From positions 1 through 64,000 of the IMG/VR virus record IMGVR_UViG_3300040801_002079: DNA of 64,000 nt, one strand, 5' to 3'. Made by a program: the position numbers and the translations under genes. Of the stretch, positions 21,001 to 28,833 are shown piece after piece; the stretch's first letter is position 1, and every line of letters starts with the position of its first letter. A model generated the notes under the pieces. It was not told the DNA's origin, ran no database searches, and was given only the letters and a program-made list of their open reading frames with translations.

Positions 21001-21646
21001 ATCTCCCGGAACATACACATATTCACCACAACAGAGAGTCATATCATCTGCTCAAGGCATAAACAATCTGTACATTATTGGAACAAATGAATCCACATGC
21101 ATATTCAATGTTGACATGACGGGATTTAATTATCAGGCCATGCTAACATTATTGAATGCGCGAGTTAACTTTACACAACTCACCATTAATAGTACTGGAA
21201 CAGGAAACCCCGCATTATTTGAGGTTGAAAATAGTTCCTTAGCTCTTCAGTTAGTCACAATGAATGATTTTGAATTTGCCGTTAAAGCCGTACATTCATA
21301 TATTAATACATATCAGTCAACGTTTAATGGGATAACAGGGGGTCCATTATTGGGCCAATTATTAGCCAATAGCTGTAAAATTGAAATACAAGACACAACT
21401 TTCGATAATATAAGTACGGCCCAAGGTAATGCTATAAGTCTTTTCGGAACAACTGCATGGATGCCAAATTTAACCATATCCAATGCTTTTAATGGTATTG
21501 AAGTATCGGCAAGTTCCCATGTATCCTTAGAGGGGACAACCACCATGACCGGAAACACAACAGACTATAATGTTGTAGTTAATGAAATTCAATATGATGG
21601 TTCGTATATAGCCAATGGTACAAGTGCTATGTCATTTAAAGCATAA
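18008..21646 (+). CDS. Long fibre/adhesin with Gly-rich GG(D/N)(V/I)xIxAG repeats and two beta-helix modules
   Basis: 1212 aa; repeated GGDINITAGD-type units; GQDFETLMDAISWL and GGDFSTLTEFFDWL caps. Confidence 0.7.
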   Translation: MALKKITELNGGIPLTEITDTDVLYISNQAGTLDGAVTLSTLRDEVLDKTALVLSSDSTASAETPFTFSAPNAVVSNALTLVQFESQTGAKLRVRTDGAFEMGNLDNGHSTLTVSSGTISRSVPDDGNLAGSVILQGGAPGTSGFTSVHPDAGGVELKGGNGAVFAQGAGGPISLQGGQGFGSGNGGDITLTGGIGSGSRGGSISLIGGRDQGSGAGGNVQIRGGSGDTLGTIQFINPSDSSVMLQLADDYIFENPIEISIDDMGTYKIFGGFKVTLPSAVQPYYGQYAQAGMTGQGFMVQYPEYTYPLAPSLGSFDLKTVLTGDSVQMLQNNSIGLFLFRGIDYSTSTEYPGFSIGSVQGPKENFHIGNTTVESTFNLYLGGLDHTLGGYNPQTITISPTHGGLWEVDQGNTSGSDMVIKGGDAYDSGATDRDGGNLILSSGNAWNYGSSGDVSIITGTRTIGGPSDFFGQIEVFFGQIDGSSISLTAGDGYAPNAGGAAGGDINITAGDAGGYGLGSDGGNIILTAGDRSGIGGIWGHIYLDGDITAPAGIINFRNGAQDHTLRIYNDHNPDLGNPGTYTEIHGNGLIRSTDDINISPSSPQTGDGKDVNLTASHGQLGGNGGGVNITAGDGNGSGTGGDVNIRGGTGNTPGKVNVLGELTSNSIIFNEQASAGAISAGEMKLWARNDTPNSLILTNDEGIDTVIGDSTSNASIVDYTVYTVGTGQDFETLMDAISWLQEQTFSGGGHVELRLNTGTHVIAPIVGEEDRYDWYYAVGAFTNAVITIRGVSSATTTIAWDSTDPDNDGYDLFSFLNSYVKFSNLTIDTYGDGFSDYEKYINHEEGFVFYHNCVIKNALMYVSGTNMFLMNTSFDSAPISLNRATVSVSDYSTFLRFENWTGSGPALSVTKGTTFTCTPHVITFTNNTTDTNIPINEIQPEGEYITDGNLGILQENQILKGDVTRTLAPTGGDFSTLTEFFDWLDVSHFENADVRLDVSPGTYTYSPQQRVISSAQGINNLYIIGTNESTCIFNVDMTGFNYQAMLTLLNARVNFTQLTINSTGTGNPALFEVENSSLALQLVTMNDFEFAVKAVHSYINTYQSTFNGITGGPLLGQLLANSCKIEIQDTTFDNISTAQGNAISLFGTTAWMPNLTISNAFNGIEVSASSHVSLEGTTTMTGNTTDYNVVVNEIQYDGSYIANGTSAMSFKA

Positions 21647-21700
21647 TAATATAGATAATTCTGATAAATATAAGCAGAATATTAATTTTAGGAGATTGCT

Positions 21701-22144
21701 GTGGCACAAGGAACATTATTAACATTTAATGAATTTAGGCTAACAATTGGTAACGGTACCCATGATTTAGCCGCAGACTCATTTAAAATCGCATTAATCA
21801 CAACCCTTCCAACTCTTGCCGATCCAACACCCGCGCTGGGGGATTATACCGAAGTTACCGGAAGTGGATATACCGCAGGCGGAGAGGCCCTTACCACTAC
21901 ATGGACAGAAACCAGCGGTGCTGCGGATTTTAAACATACTGGTGGGACCATTACGTGGACTCAGGATGGTGCCGGTCCAACAAATATTGTTGCCGGACTA
22001 ATTTATAATACCGCAGCAGGTAACGATGCGGTAGCATTTATTGATTTTACAGCAGACGGAGGCACGACTCCGATCAGTTTACAGGACGGTGATATTACTT
22101 GGACACCAGAGGCTGTAGAAAATAGAATATTTAGGCTAGCATAA
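21701..22144 (+). CDS. Phage structural protein
   Basis: GATAAATA and AGGAG upstream; FKIALIT...EVTGSGYTAGG...AFIDF pattern seen in virion proteins. Confidence 0.55.
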   Translation: MAQGTLLTFNEFRLTIGNGTHDLAADSFKIALITTLPTLADPTPALGDYTEVTGSGYTAGGEALTTTWTETSGAADFKHTGGTITWTQDGAGPTNIVAGLIYNTAAGNDAVAFIDFTADGGTTPISLQDGDITWTPEAVENRIFRLA

Positions 22145-22146
22145 AC

Positions 22147-22521
22147 ATGCGCTTCATTTTTTTAATTTTAATTATTATATTGGTCTCCGGTTGTAGTAAA
22201 GAACCAGATATAAATGAACCCGGAGTATGTGAATCTTATGGCGTACAAGAGCGTGGTATGTACATGGGCGAAATTAACAATGTATTCGAGCTTCCCGATA
22301 GTGAAATACAAGCGGTTTGTGGTCCATCCGGTTGGGTAAATATGAGCGTTGCTGGATGCACCAAGCTTCATAAAGATGGTACCGTTGATATTTATTTTAG
22401 AACAGGAGATAAATGTACAGAAATACATGAAAGGTGTCATGTATTACATGGGAGATATCATACAGACCGGTATCGAAGTGATGTGGCAAAAGGCCACCCT
22501 CGTCCATCCTGTCCACCCTGA
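22147..22521 (+). CDS. Cys-rich lipoprotein with HExxH motif
   Basis: Hydrophobic N-terminus, lipobox-like LVSGC, HERCH. Confidence 0.55.
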   Translation: MRFIFLILIIILVSGCSKEPDINEPGVCESYGVQERGMYMGEINNVFELPDSEIQAVCGPSGWVNMSVAGCTKLHKDGTVDIYFRTGDKCTEIHERCHVLHGRYHTDRYRSDVAKGHPRPSCPP

Positions 22522-22532
22522 TAAATACTTAA

Positions 22533-22970
22533 ATGGAATACTATGATTATGAATTAGCCGGTGAATTGATGTATGATGAAGGCGTGAGGGCCAAAGCATA
22601 TAGAGATTCTAAAGGATATTGGACTATCGGAGTTGGTCACTATTTGGGTACCGATCAATCGTTTTCTCATCTTGCATGGGATATGGAAACAATATTTTTA
22701 ACCTTTTTAACAGATTTAAATTCTGCAATATTTTATACTAAAAAGCAAATATATAACTTTGACTCTTTAAGTGTTAATAGGCAAAGAGTGTTGGTTAATA
22801 TGATGTTTAACCTTGGGCCTAATCGATTTGCCGGATTTAAAAAAATGATTAAAGCTATTCATGATGGAAATATCAGACGGGCATATAAAGAAATGCTTGA
22901 TAGTAAGTGGGCAAGACAAGATGTACCCAATAGGGCAAGAAGATTATCCAGAAGATGGATAGATGGTTGA
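22533..22970 (+). CDS. Lysozyme/endolysin, GH24 (T4 e-like)
   Basis: DEG...YRDSKGYWTIGVGH catalytic E-x8-D-x5-T; NMMFNLG; DSKWARQ...RARR. Confidence 0.9.
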   Translation: MEYYDYELAGELMYDEGVRAKAYRDSKGYWTIGVGHYLGTDQSFSHLAWDMETIFLTFLTDLNSAIFYTKKQIYNFDSLSVNRQRVLVNMMFNLGPNRFAGFKKMIKAIHDGNIRRAYKEMLDSKWARQDVPNRARRLSRRWIDG

Positions 22971-22995
22971 CATTATTGTTTTTCCTATATATACT
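22967..22995 (+). promoter_or_regulatory. sigma70-type promoter for tRNA-Gly
   Basis: TTGACA-N17-TATACT. Confidence 0.7.
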
Positions 22996-23012
22996 TATAC
23001 AAGTGTAATAAA

Positions 23013-23089
23013 GCGGGTGTAGCTCAATTTGGTGGAGCGCAACCTTGCCAAGGTTGAGGCTGTGGGTTCGAGTCCCATCACCCGCTCCA
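23013..23089 (+). tRNA. tRNA-Gly(GCC)
   Basis: Full cloverleaf: acceptor GCGGGTG/CACCCGC, anticodon arm CAACC-TTGCCAA-GGTTG, TTCGAGT loop, encoded CCA. Confidence 0.95.
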
Positions 23090-23152
23090 ATTAGACGTTA
23101 TTGAGGTGATACATAATCACCCACTATTTAACTCAATTATAGGAGAATTAAA

Positions 23153-23401
23153 ATGAGATATACATTTGATACGTTTCGCAATGAAAGTGGTTTAAAGTTC
23201 AAGAATATTGAAAGTGAATCCTATCGTACATACGTTTTTCCGGATCGTGAAGTGACCATTATGAAGCCACTGGCTCTTAATGTTAGTAAATCTGGGGGGC
23301 ATCGTATATTTGATGCATCAGGGCAATCACATTATGTTCCAAAGGGGTGGATTCACTTGAAATGGGAAGTTGAAGAAGACCAGCCACATTTTGTAACATA
23401 A
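23153..23401 (+). CDS. Hypothetical phage protein
   Basis: AGGAG RBS, 82 aa. Confidence 0.65.
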   Translation: MRYTFDTFRNESGLKFKNIESESYRTYVFPDREVTIMKPLALNVSKSGGHRIFDASGQSHYVPKGWIHLKWEVEEDQPHFVT

Positions 23402-23424
23402 CGTTAGTATTTAATTTTGAATTT

Positions 23425-23452
23425 GCCGGGGTGGTGGAATTGGTAGACACGC
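23425..23452 (+). pseudogene. 5' fragment of a tRNA-Leu-like gene (acceptor 5' strand and D arm only)
   Basis: GCCGGGGTGGTGGAATTGGTAGACACGC matches the first 28 nt of the tRNA-Leu at 23943 with 2 differences; no anticodon or T arm follows. Confidence 0.8.
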
Positions 23453-23491
23453 TTCGTGTTTTCTTATTTGTGTTTAGTGATAAATAAAGTT

Positions 23492-23941
23492 ATGGAAGAC
23501 ATAACTAAATATATACAATTACCACTAGAAGAACGTCAGGCACACTTACAATTAGATGAAGCATGTGTCGAACGTGGCGGGCAGAGTATGTACTGCAAGA
23601 CACTGTTAGCACATATACTAAATACTACCGTACCCTCGGGACGAAAGATACATGTGTGCCACGCCTGTCACAATGCAGAATGCAGTAACCCAAATCATTT
23701 GTATTGGGGTACCCCGAAAGAAAACGCAGCAGATAGGGTAGCAAATGGAGACAAAACCATTTGGGAAAAAATGGTCGATAAATACGGGTTAGAGGAAGCT
23801 CGTAAATTACAAAACAGAGGCTCTAAACATGCCTCTAAAGCTGGTAAGGGTAATAAAGGTAAACCCAAATCAGAAGAACATAAACGCAAGATAGCGGAAG
23901 CTATTAAGCGCAGAAACAAAAATAAGGTAAAACTAGTTTAA
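23492..23941 (+). CDS. HNH homing endonuclease with NUMOD3-like C-terminus
   Basis: CHACHNAECSNPNHLYWGTPKEN; GKPKSEEHKRKI; ATG 5 nt after GATAAATA. Confidence 0.8.
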   Translation: MEDITKYIQLPLEERQAHLQLDEACVERGGQSMYCKTLLAHILNTTVPSGRKIHVCHACHNAECSNPNHLYWGTPKENAADRVANGDKTIWEKMVDKYGLEEARKLQNRGSKHASKAGKGNKGKPKSEEHKRKIAEAIKRRNKNKVKLV

Positions 23942-23942
23942 A

Positions 23943-24028
<86 letters not shown>

Positions 24029-24042
24029 TTTAAAATAAAGTG

Positions 24043-24071
24043 TTGACATCGCGCATTCGCTGCGATATACT
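24043..24071 (+). promoter_or_regulatory. sigma70-type promoter with inverted repeat in spacer
   Basis: TTGACA-N17-TATACT; ATCGC...GCGAT dyad. Confidence 0.7.
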
Positions 24072-24114
24072 ATACGCTCTTAGTTTAAATCATTTAATTA
24101 AAGGAGAAAAAACT

Positions 24115-24555
24115 ATGAGTTATAGGAAAGCATCAAGCCACTGCAACATTACTGATTCTCAGGTAGCAGACATCCGACTTATGGCAATGCGTGGTCTTCC
24201 GCAGACCCAGATTGCTGAGCAGGTTGGCGTACACCGCAAGACGGTATATGATATCGTTGAGCGCAATACGTGGAATCATGTACCTGATCCGGTACGTGCC
24301 TACGGCTACCCCGACTATCTGGTATTTCCCGATGGACGGATTTATAGTTCAGTAAGTGATCAGTTCATTACTGCCCGACAGCGTTCGGATGGTGAGCAGA
24401 CTGTTCGCATTCGTAACAGTCGTGGTCAGCGTGTTACGACTACGGTATCAGCACTTGTTGCTCGTGGCTATCTGGGAACCCGTTCGCGGAATCCCAACGT
24501 AACGTATCGTGATGGAAATCCATCCAATACGCATTTTACCAACATTTCACTTTAA
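24115..24555 (+). CDS. HTH protein fused to degenerate NUMOD4/HNH-like domain
   Basis: QTQIAEQVGVHRKTVYDI HTH; GYPDYLVFPDGRIYS; VSALVARGYL...VTYRDGNPSNTHFTNI; AAGGAG RBS. Confidence 0.7.
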   Translation: MSYRKASSHCNITDSQVADIRLMAMRGLPQTQIAEQVGVHRKTVYDIVERNTWNHVPDPVRAYGYPDYLVFPDGRIYSSVSDQFITARQRSDGEQTVRIRNSRGQRVTTTVSALVARGYLGTRSRNPNVTYRDGNPSNTHFTNISL

Positions 24556-24564
24556 GTGAAATAT

Positions 24565-24593
24565 AAAAAAGGGGGCACACGCCCCCTTTTTTT
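24565..24593. terminator. Intrinsic terminator, symmetric A/T tails
   Basis: AAAAAA GGGGGC acac GCCCCC TTTTTTT. Confidence 0.85.
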
Positions 24594-24630
24594 ATAAATA
24601 TTTTTTATCTACAATAAAAAAGGGGTAAAC

Positions 24631-25185
24631 ATGCTTAAACTCATATTCACGATACTTATAACATTTTCAACATACATTCACGCAAATGATGAAGTACCTC
24701 CACCCGAAGAAAACAACCTAGAGTGTAATAAGCTACTTCTTGAAATTAATGATCACCAAGTAGAATTGGGGTTTGTGCAGAAAAGTATAGCGGTACATGT
24801 AAAAACGGCTGAATTAATAAATTTGACCAATGAAAAACTAACTTATGCCGGGGAAGTTGCAGAGGCAATAGGGGATGAAGATGCAGTTCAGAAAATTGTA
24901 GGTCAAATTATATTCCATAAAGAAATGTTTAAAGATGTTGAAAAGGATCACAAAAAGGCAATTGATCGTGAATTTGAATTATCGGCAGAAATTATAAACC
25001 TAACAATGGAGACAGAGTTAAAAAATTGTCCTGTTAAAAAGTTAGCCAATGCGGAGATTCTAGAAACGTGCAATGCATATAAGGAACTCGAAACTAATGT
25101 TAATTGCATGGCATTAAGAAAAAATCAAACGCCTGAAAAAAAGGATGAGCCTAAAAAGACTCATCCAAATACTATGAAAGTGTAA
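24631..25185 (+). CDS. Putative secreted helical protein
   Basis: Signal-peptide-like N-terminus; TATAAATA upstream. Confidence 0.55.
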   Translation: MLKLIFTILITFSTYIHANDEVPPPEENNLECNKLLLEINDHQVELGFVQKSIAVHVKTAELINLTNEKLTYAGEVAEAIGDEDAVQKIVGQIIFHKEMFKDVEKDHKKAIDREFELSAEIINLTMETELKNCPVKKLANAEILETCNAYKELETNVNCMALRKNQTPEKKDEPKKTHPNTMKV

Positions 25186-25191
25186 TGAAAT

Positions 25192-25740
25192 TTATCTGAA
25201 TTCTGGGTGATCTACTGGTAAGTCCACTTCATCGTCATCATCGAATTCCATGCTTTCCTCATCGAAGCTTGGCTCATCTGAGTCAAAGTCCATATCTCTG
25301 AATGATGAAAAGTCCATATCATCTTCCATGTCAACGTCTTCGAAATCATCAGCATCATCAACTAAGTCCAAGTCTCCAGCGGCTGCTAATTTGCCCAACC
25401 TAGCATAAAGACTTTCAATTTCCTGTTTGATATTGCCAATTTCTTCTTCCATTCCTTCATCAGAGACTAGACCACCTTCACCATCATCTTCGAAATCATC
25501 ATGAGGCATATCCATCATGTCTTCGGGATAGTCTTCATCAGCCCCATATTCGTCTCCCATTCCCATATCCATATCATCATCATACGGAAGTTGGTCATGG
25601 TTAAAGTCTAACTCATCATCTTCACCCTCGGGTTCTTCAAAATCAAAGTCAAAATCAAATTCTTCTTCGTCTTCTCCCATGCCAAACTCTTCTTCCGAAT
25701 CGTAGTCATCAAAGGAAAACAGTTCTTTTAACAATTTCAT
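25192..25740 (-). CDS. Extremely acidic late protein
   Basis: D/E-dominated sequence with central helix; TATAAATA and AAGGAG upstream. Confidence 0.65.
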   Translation of the reverse strand: MKLLKELFSFDDYDSEEEFGMGEDEEEFDFDFDFEEPEGEDDELDFNHDQLPYDDDMDMGMGDEYGADEDYPEDMMDMPHDDFEDDGEGGLVSDEGMEEEIGNIKQEIESLYARLGKLAAAGDLDLVDDADDFEDVDMEDDMDFSSFRDMDFDSDEPSFDEESMEFDDDDEVDLPVDHPEFR

Positions 25741-25785
25741 TACAATCTCCTTAAAAAGATTCTTCTCTCATATTTATAATATTTC

Positions 25786-25814
25786 TTGACATGATGCGAA
25801 AAATCCATTATTAT
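25786..25814 (+). promoter_or_regulatory. sigma70-type promoter
   Basis: TTGACA-N17-TATTAT. Confidence 0.65.
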
Positions 25815-25859
25815 TCCATCCTGTCAATTGTATTTATTAAAGTTAAACAGGATATAACT

Positions 25860-26339
25860 ATGAATGAAGAATTAGAGTATCGTGGATACGTCTTTGTGAA
25901 TTCCGCATTATCATCCATTCAGAAGGGTGTACAGGGTGCACATGCTATGGTTGAAGTTACAAACCGCTATAATTATAGCTCTGTTACATATGACGAAGTA
26001 CCGGCAGCATCCGCACGAGTTGTTTGGGACTGGAGAAATGAACATAAAACCCTTATTTTCCTAGAAGCTGGGTTTCATCGTGGGTTGCTGGAAAACTACT
26101 TGACGTTTGCACAACACTGTGAGAAGCTTGGTTTACCGTATGCTTTGTTTGTTGAGGATGATGATACCATGAACAGTATGGCAACTGCATTTGCAGGGGT
26201 TGTGCCCAGCAGCATTTACGATATCGACTTAAACGAATATGATATGGTTAAGAGTACCCCCGGTATGTTTATGGAAGTAGATGATCCGGATGATGTAGCA
26301 CTTTGCCGCTTTTTAAAGCAATTCCACTTAGCGAGATAA
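25860..26339 (+). CDS. Putative peptidyl-tRNA hydrolase 2 (PTH2)-like fold protein
   Basis: LSSIQKGVQGAHA...W...KTLIFL...PYALFVED...TAFA parallels the PTH2 layout. Confidence 0.45.
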   Translation: MNEELEYRGYVFVNSALSSIQKGVQGAHAMVEVTNRYNYSSVTYDEVPAASARVVWDWRNEHKTLIFLEAGFHRGLLENYLTFAQHCEKLGLPYALFVEDDDTMNSMATAFAGVVPSSIYDIDLNEYDMVKSTPGMFMEVDDPDDVALCRFLKQFHLAR

Positions 26340-26342
26340 TAT

Positions 26343-27515
26343 ATGAAAATAAACTCAGGAGAGTACTACGATTTTGACGATGTAATGATTCGTCCTCAGT
26401 TATCGAATAAGTCTATCAATTCACGAGACGATGTTTCATTGGTGCGTCCCTTCTCTAAAAATGATAGTAGACCGTATGAATGGAGTGGTGTACCCATAAT
26501 TGCAGCCAATATGGACACCGTTGGAACTATGGAAATGGCTGAAGTTTTAATGCAATACAATTGCTGCACCGCCCTTCATAAACATTATACTGTTACTGAA
26601 ATGGTTGAATTTTTTCGAAAACACGCTGAACAGGAACATTTATTATTTTATACGATGGGAATTAACGGGGACTCTGTTGAAAAGTTTTCAGAATTTACGT
26701 CTGAATACGGAATGCCGAAAAACATTTGCATTGATGTAGCTAATGGATATGCCCCCAGATTTATCGAATTTGTATCACGAGTCAGGGATATGGCACCCGA
26801 TTCTATCATTATGGCAGGCAACGTGGTCACAGGAGACGTTACACACGCTTTAATTATGGCAGGAGCTTCCATCATTAAGGTAGGCATTGGAAGCGGCTCA
26901 GCGTGTCTCACACGGCGTGTGACGGGCGTTGGCTCTCCACAGCTATCAGCAGTCATGGAATGTGCTAACGTGGCACACGGGATGAATGCGCTCGTCTGCT
27001 CGGATGGTGGATGTGTATATCCCGGTGATGTGTCTAAAGCCTTCGGCGGTGGAGCAGATTTTGTCATGCTGGGAGGTATGCTTTCGGGACACGATGAGTG
27101 TAATGGTTCTTTAATCTATGAAGACGGAAGTGAATATGAAACCAGAGAGGATTATTTGGAAAGTATCAAAATGAAAGCCGATTTTTATAGATTAGCTAAT
27201 AAATCAATGGGGGATATGTCCCAATTTCTAGGAGAGTTGGCTGAACCAGTGGGCATGAAGTTTTATGGCATGTCATCCAATACTGCCATGGAAAAACATA
27301 ATGGCGGTATGGCAAAATATAAAGCTAGTGAGGGCAGGACATTGAAAGTTCCATATAAGGGTCCCGTTTCAAACACCATTGAGGAAATTTTAGGCGGTGT
27401 AAGAAGTACAATGACTTATGTTGGAGCAATGGAACTCAAGGAACTATCAAAGTGCGTCCAGTTTATCCCCCACAGTAGACAGCTAAATACCAGTTTAGTA
27501 AAATACGAATCATAA
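26343..27515 (+). CDS. guaC: GMP reductase
   Basis: PIIAANMDTVGT, CIDVANGY, AGNVVT, KVGIGSGSACLTR, SDGGC, FYGMSS, ASEG, GGVRSTMTYVGA. Confidence 0.93.
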   Translation: MKINSGEYYDFDDVMIRPQLSNKSINSRDDVSLVRPFSKNDSRPYEWSGVPIIAANMDTVGTMEMAEVLMQYNCCTALHKHYTVTEMVEFFRKHAEQEHLLFYTMGINGDSVEKFSEFTSEYGMPKNICIDVANGYAPRFIEFVSRVRDMAPDSIIMAGNVVTGDVTHALIMAGASIIKVGIGSGSACLTRRVTGVGSPQLSAVMECANVAHGMNALVCSDGGCVYPGDVSKAFGGGADFVMLGGMLSGHDECNGSLIYEDGSEYETREDYLESIKMKADFYRLANKSMGDMSQFLGELAEPVGMKFYGMSSNTAMEKHNGGMAKYKASEGRTLKVPYKGPVSNTIEEILGGVRSTMTYVGAMELKELSKCVQFIPHSRQLNTSLVKYES

Positions 27516-27531
27516 TAGGAGAATTATATTA

Positions 27532-27885
27532 ATGAAATCTAAATTAGAAGTTGGTGATGTAAAAATATTCACATTAAACAGTATGCTAGAAGTCATTGGG
27601 AAAGTTGTAGAAGTAAACGATGATTATTGCAAAGTTAGTCAAGCCCTCATGATCCGTCTTGAGCCACAGGAAGGTCCTGATGGTAGACCAGCACTTAGTG
27701 CAGCACTTGGCCCATTGTCTATGTTTATTGAAAAGGATGAGAAGAGTCAGGGCGCAGATATTAATCTGTACTATAATGTCATGCTTGGCGCAAGCGATCC
27801 TCAGGAAGGAATTTTAGAGTATTACTCCAACCTGACTGGCAGCATTATGGCACCACCCGCCAAAAAGATTCAAATGCCAACTTAA
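27532..27885 (+). CDS. Hypothetical protein, possible Sm-like beta fold
   Basis: IFTLNSMLEVIGKVVE pattern; AGGAG RBS. Confidence 0.45.
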   Translation: MKSKLEVGDVKIFTLNSMLEVIGKVVEVNDDYCKVSQALMIRLEPQEGPDGRPALSAALGPLSMFIEKDEKSQGADINLYYNVMLGASDPQEGILEYYSNLTGSIMAPPAKKIQMPT

Positions 27886-28190
27886 TTATGTGATTTGAAG
27901 TATAAACCATGGAAATGAAGGTCTAAGTCTGCACGTATTAGACCTTCATTCCATGTCTGTGGTGGTCGATTATATTGAATTTGTTGCTGACCATCTTCGG
28001 TTGTATTAAACCAAAACTCAACATTTCCAATTAATATTGGATTGTTTTTTGTCAGATATTGCTTTCTTATTCGGCTATACCCAAGCATTATCTCATAAAC
28101 TTCGTTTATTATTTCCTTAAATGCCTGTTGCGAGAGCCTATCCTTCTCAACAACCTCTTTCTTTTCTTTTTGTTTTATCGGACTAATCAT
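27882..28190 (-). CDS. Hypothetical late protein
   Basis: ATG 5 nt after ACTAAATA. Confidence 0.55.
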   Translation of the reverse strand: MISPIKQKEKKEVVEKDRLSQQAFKEIINEVYEIMLGYSRIRKQYLTKNNPILIGNVEFWFNTTEDGQQQIQYNRPPQTWNEGLIRADLDLHFHGLYFKSHN

Positions 28191-28237
28191 ATAACTATTT
28201 AGTTGATAAAAATTAGCATTAATGTTATAATACTACA

Positions 28238-28537
28238 ATGATTTGTGTAATATGTAAAAGAGAATTACCGGAAGACCCCCATTATAGTGATGAACACCAC
28301 TTGATTCCGAAAAGTAAGAAGGGGAAAGACACGGTGCTTATACATCGGCTATGCCATAATAAAATACACAGTATTTGGACAGAAAAGGAACTAGCTGATT
28401 ATTATAATACACCAGAAAGGATAAGAGAGCATCCTGAAATGCGGAAATTTATTAAGTGGTTTAGTAAAAAACCTATTGATTTTTATGTAAAAACTAAAGA
28501 TTCTAATGATCGTAAAAGTAAACGGAGAAGACGATGA
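28238..28537 (+). CDS. Small HNH nuclease
   Basis: CVIC...HHLIPKSKKG...HRLCHNKIH; TTGATA-N17-TATAAT upstream. Confidence 0.8.
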   Translation: MICVICKRELPEDPHYSDEHHLIPKSKKGKDTVLIHRLCHNKIHSIWTEKELADYYNTPERIREHPEMRKFIKWFSKKPIDFYVKTKDSNDRKSKRRRR

Positions 28538-28833
28538 TTGATTATGAATACAATGGACAAACAGTTCAAATAATCCCACTCAATGAAATGGAAATTGGGG
28601 TATACAAAGGAACGTGCCGTAATGCAACATATGCATATTGGAACGGGGTGCACTTTATTCATTTACGTACAAAATTCTTTGACACATTTCTGGAAAAAAT
28701 TGAGCACCCGGAAAATGATAAAATTTTTGACGTATTTCTACCATTTGAGAGGGTGGATGATGACGCAGATGATAATGTGCAACAACTCATGAATGCTATT
28801 AATGGTGCAATAGAGAAACGCTACAATGACTAA
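28534..28833 (+). CDS. Hypothetical phage protein
   Basis: 99 aa, overlaps both neighbours. Confidence 0.6.
   Translation: MIDYEYNGQTVQIIPLNEMEIGVYKGTCRNATYAYWNGVHFIHLRTKFFDTFLEKIEHPENDKIFDVFLPFERVDDDADDNVQQLMNAINGAIEKRYND

Noticed and set aside
189-21646. Diversity-generating retroelement acting on the lectin or fibre genes
   Set aside because: No reverse transcriptase and no adenine-variable TR/VR pair seen in the window
22147-22521. Lipoprotein next to lysozyme as o-spanin
   Set aside because: No adjacent i-spanin; HExxH and many Cys are atypical; lysozyme has its own late promoter
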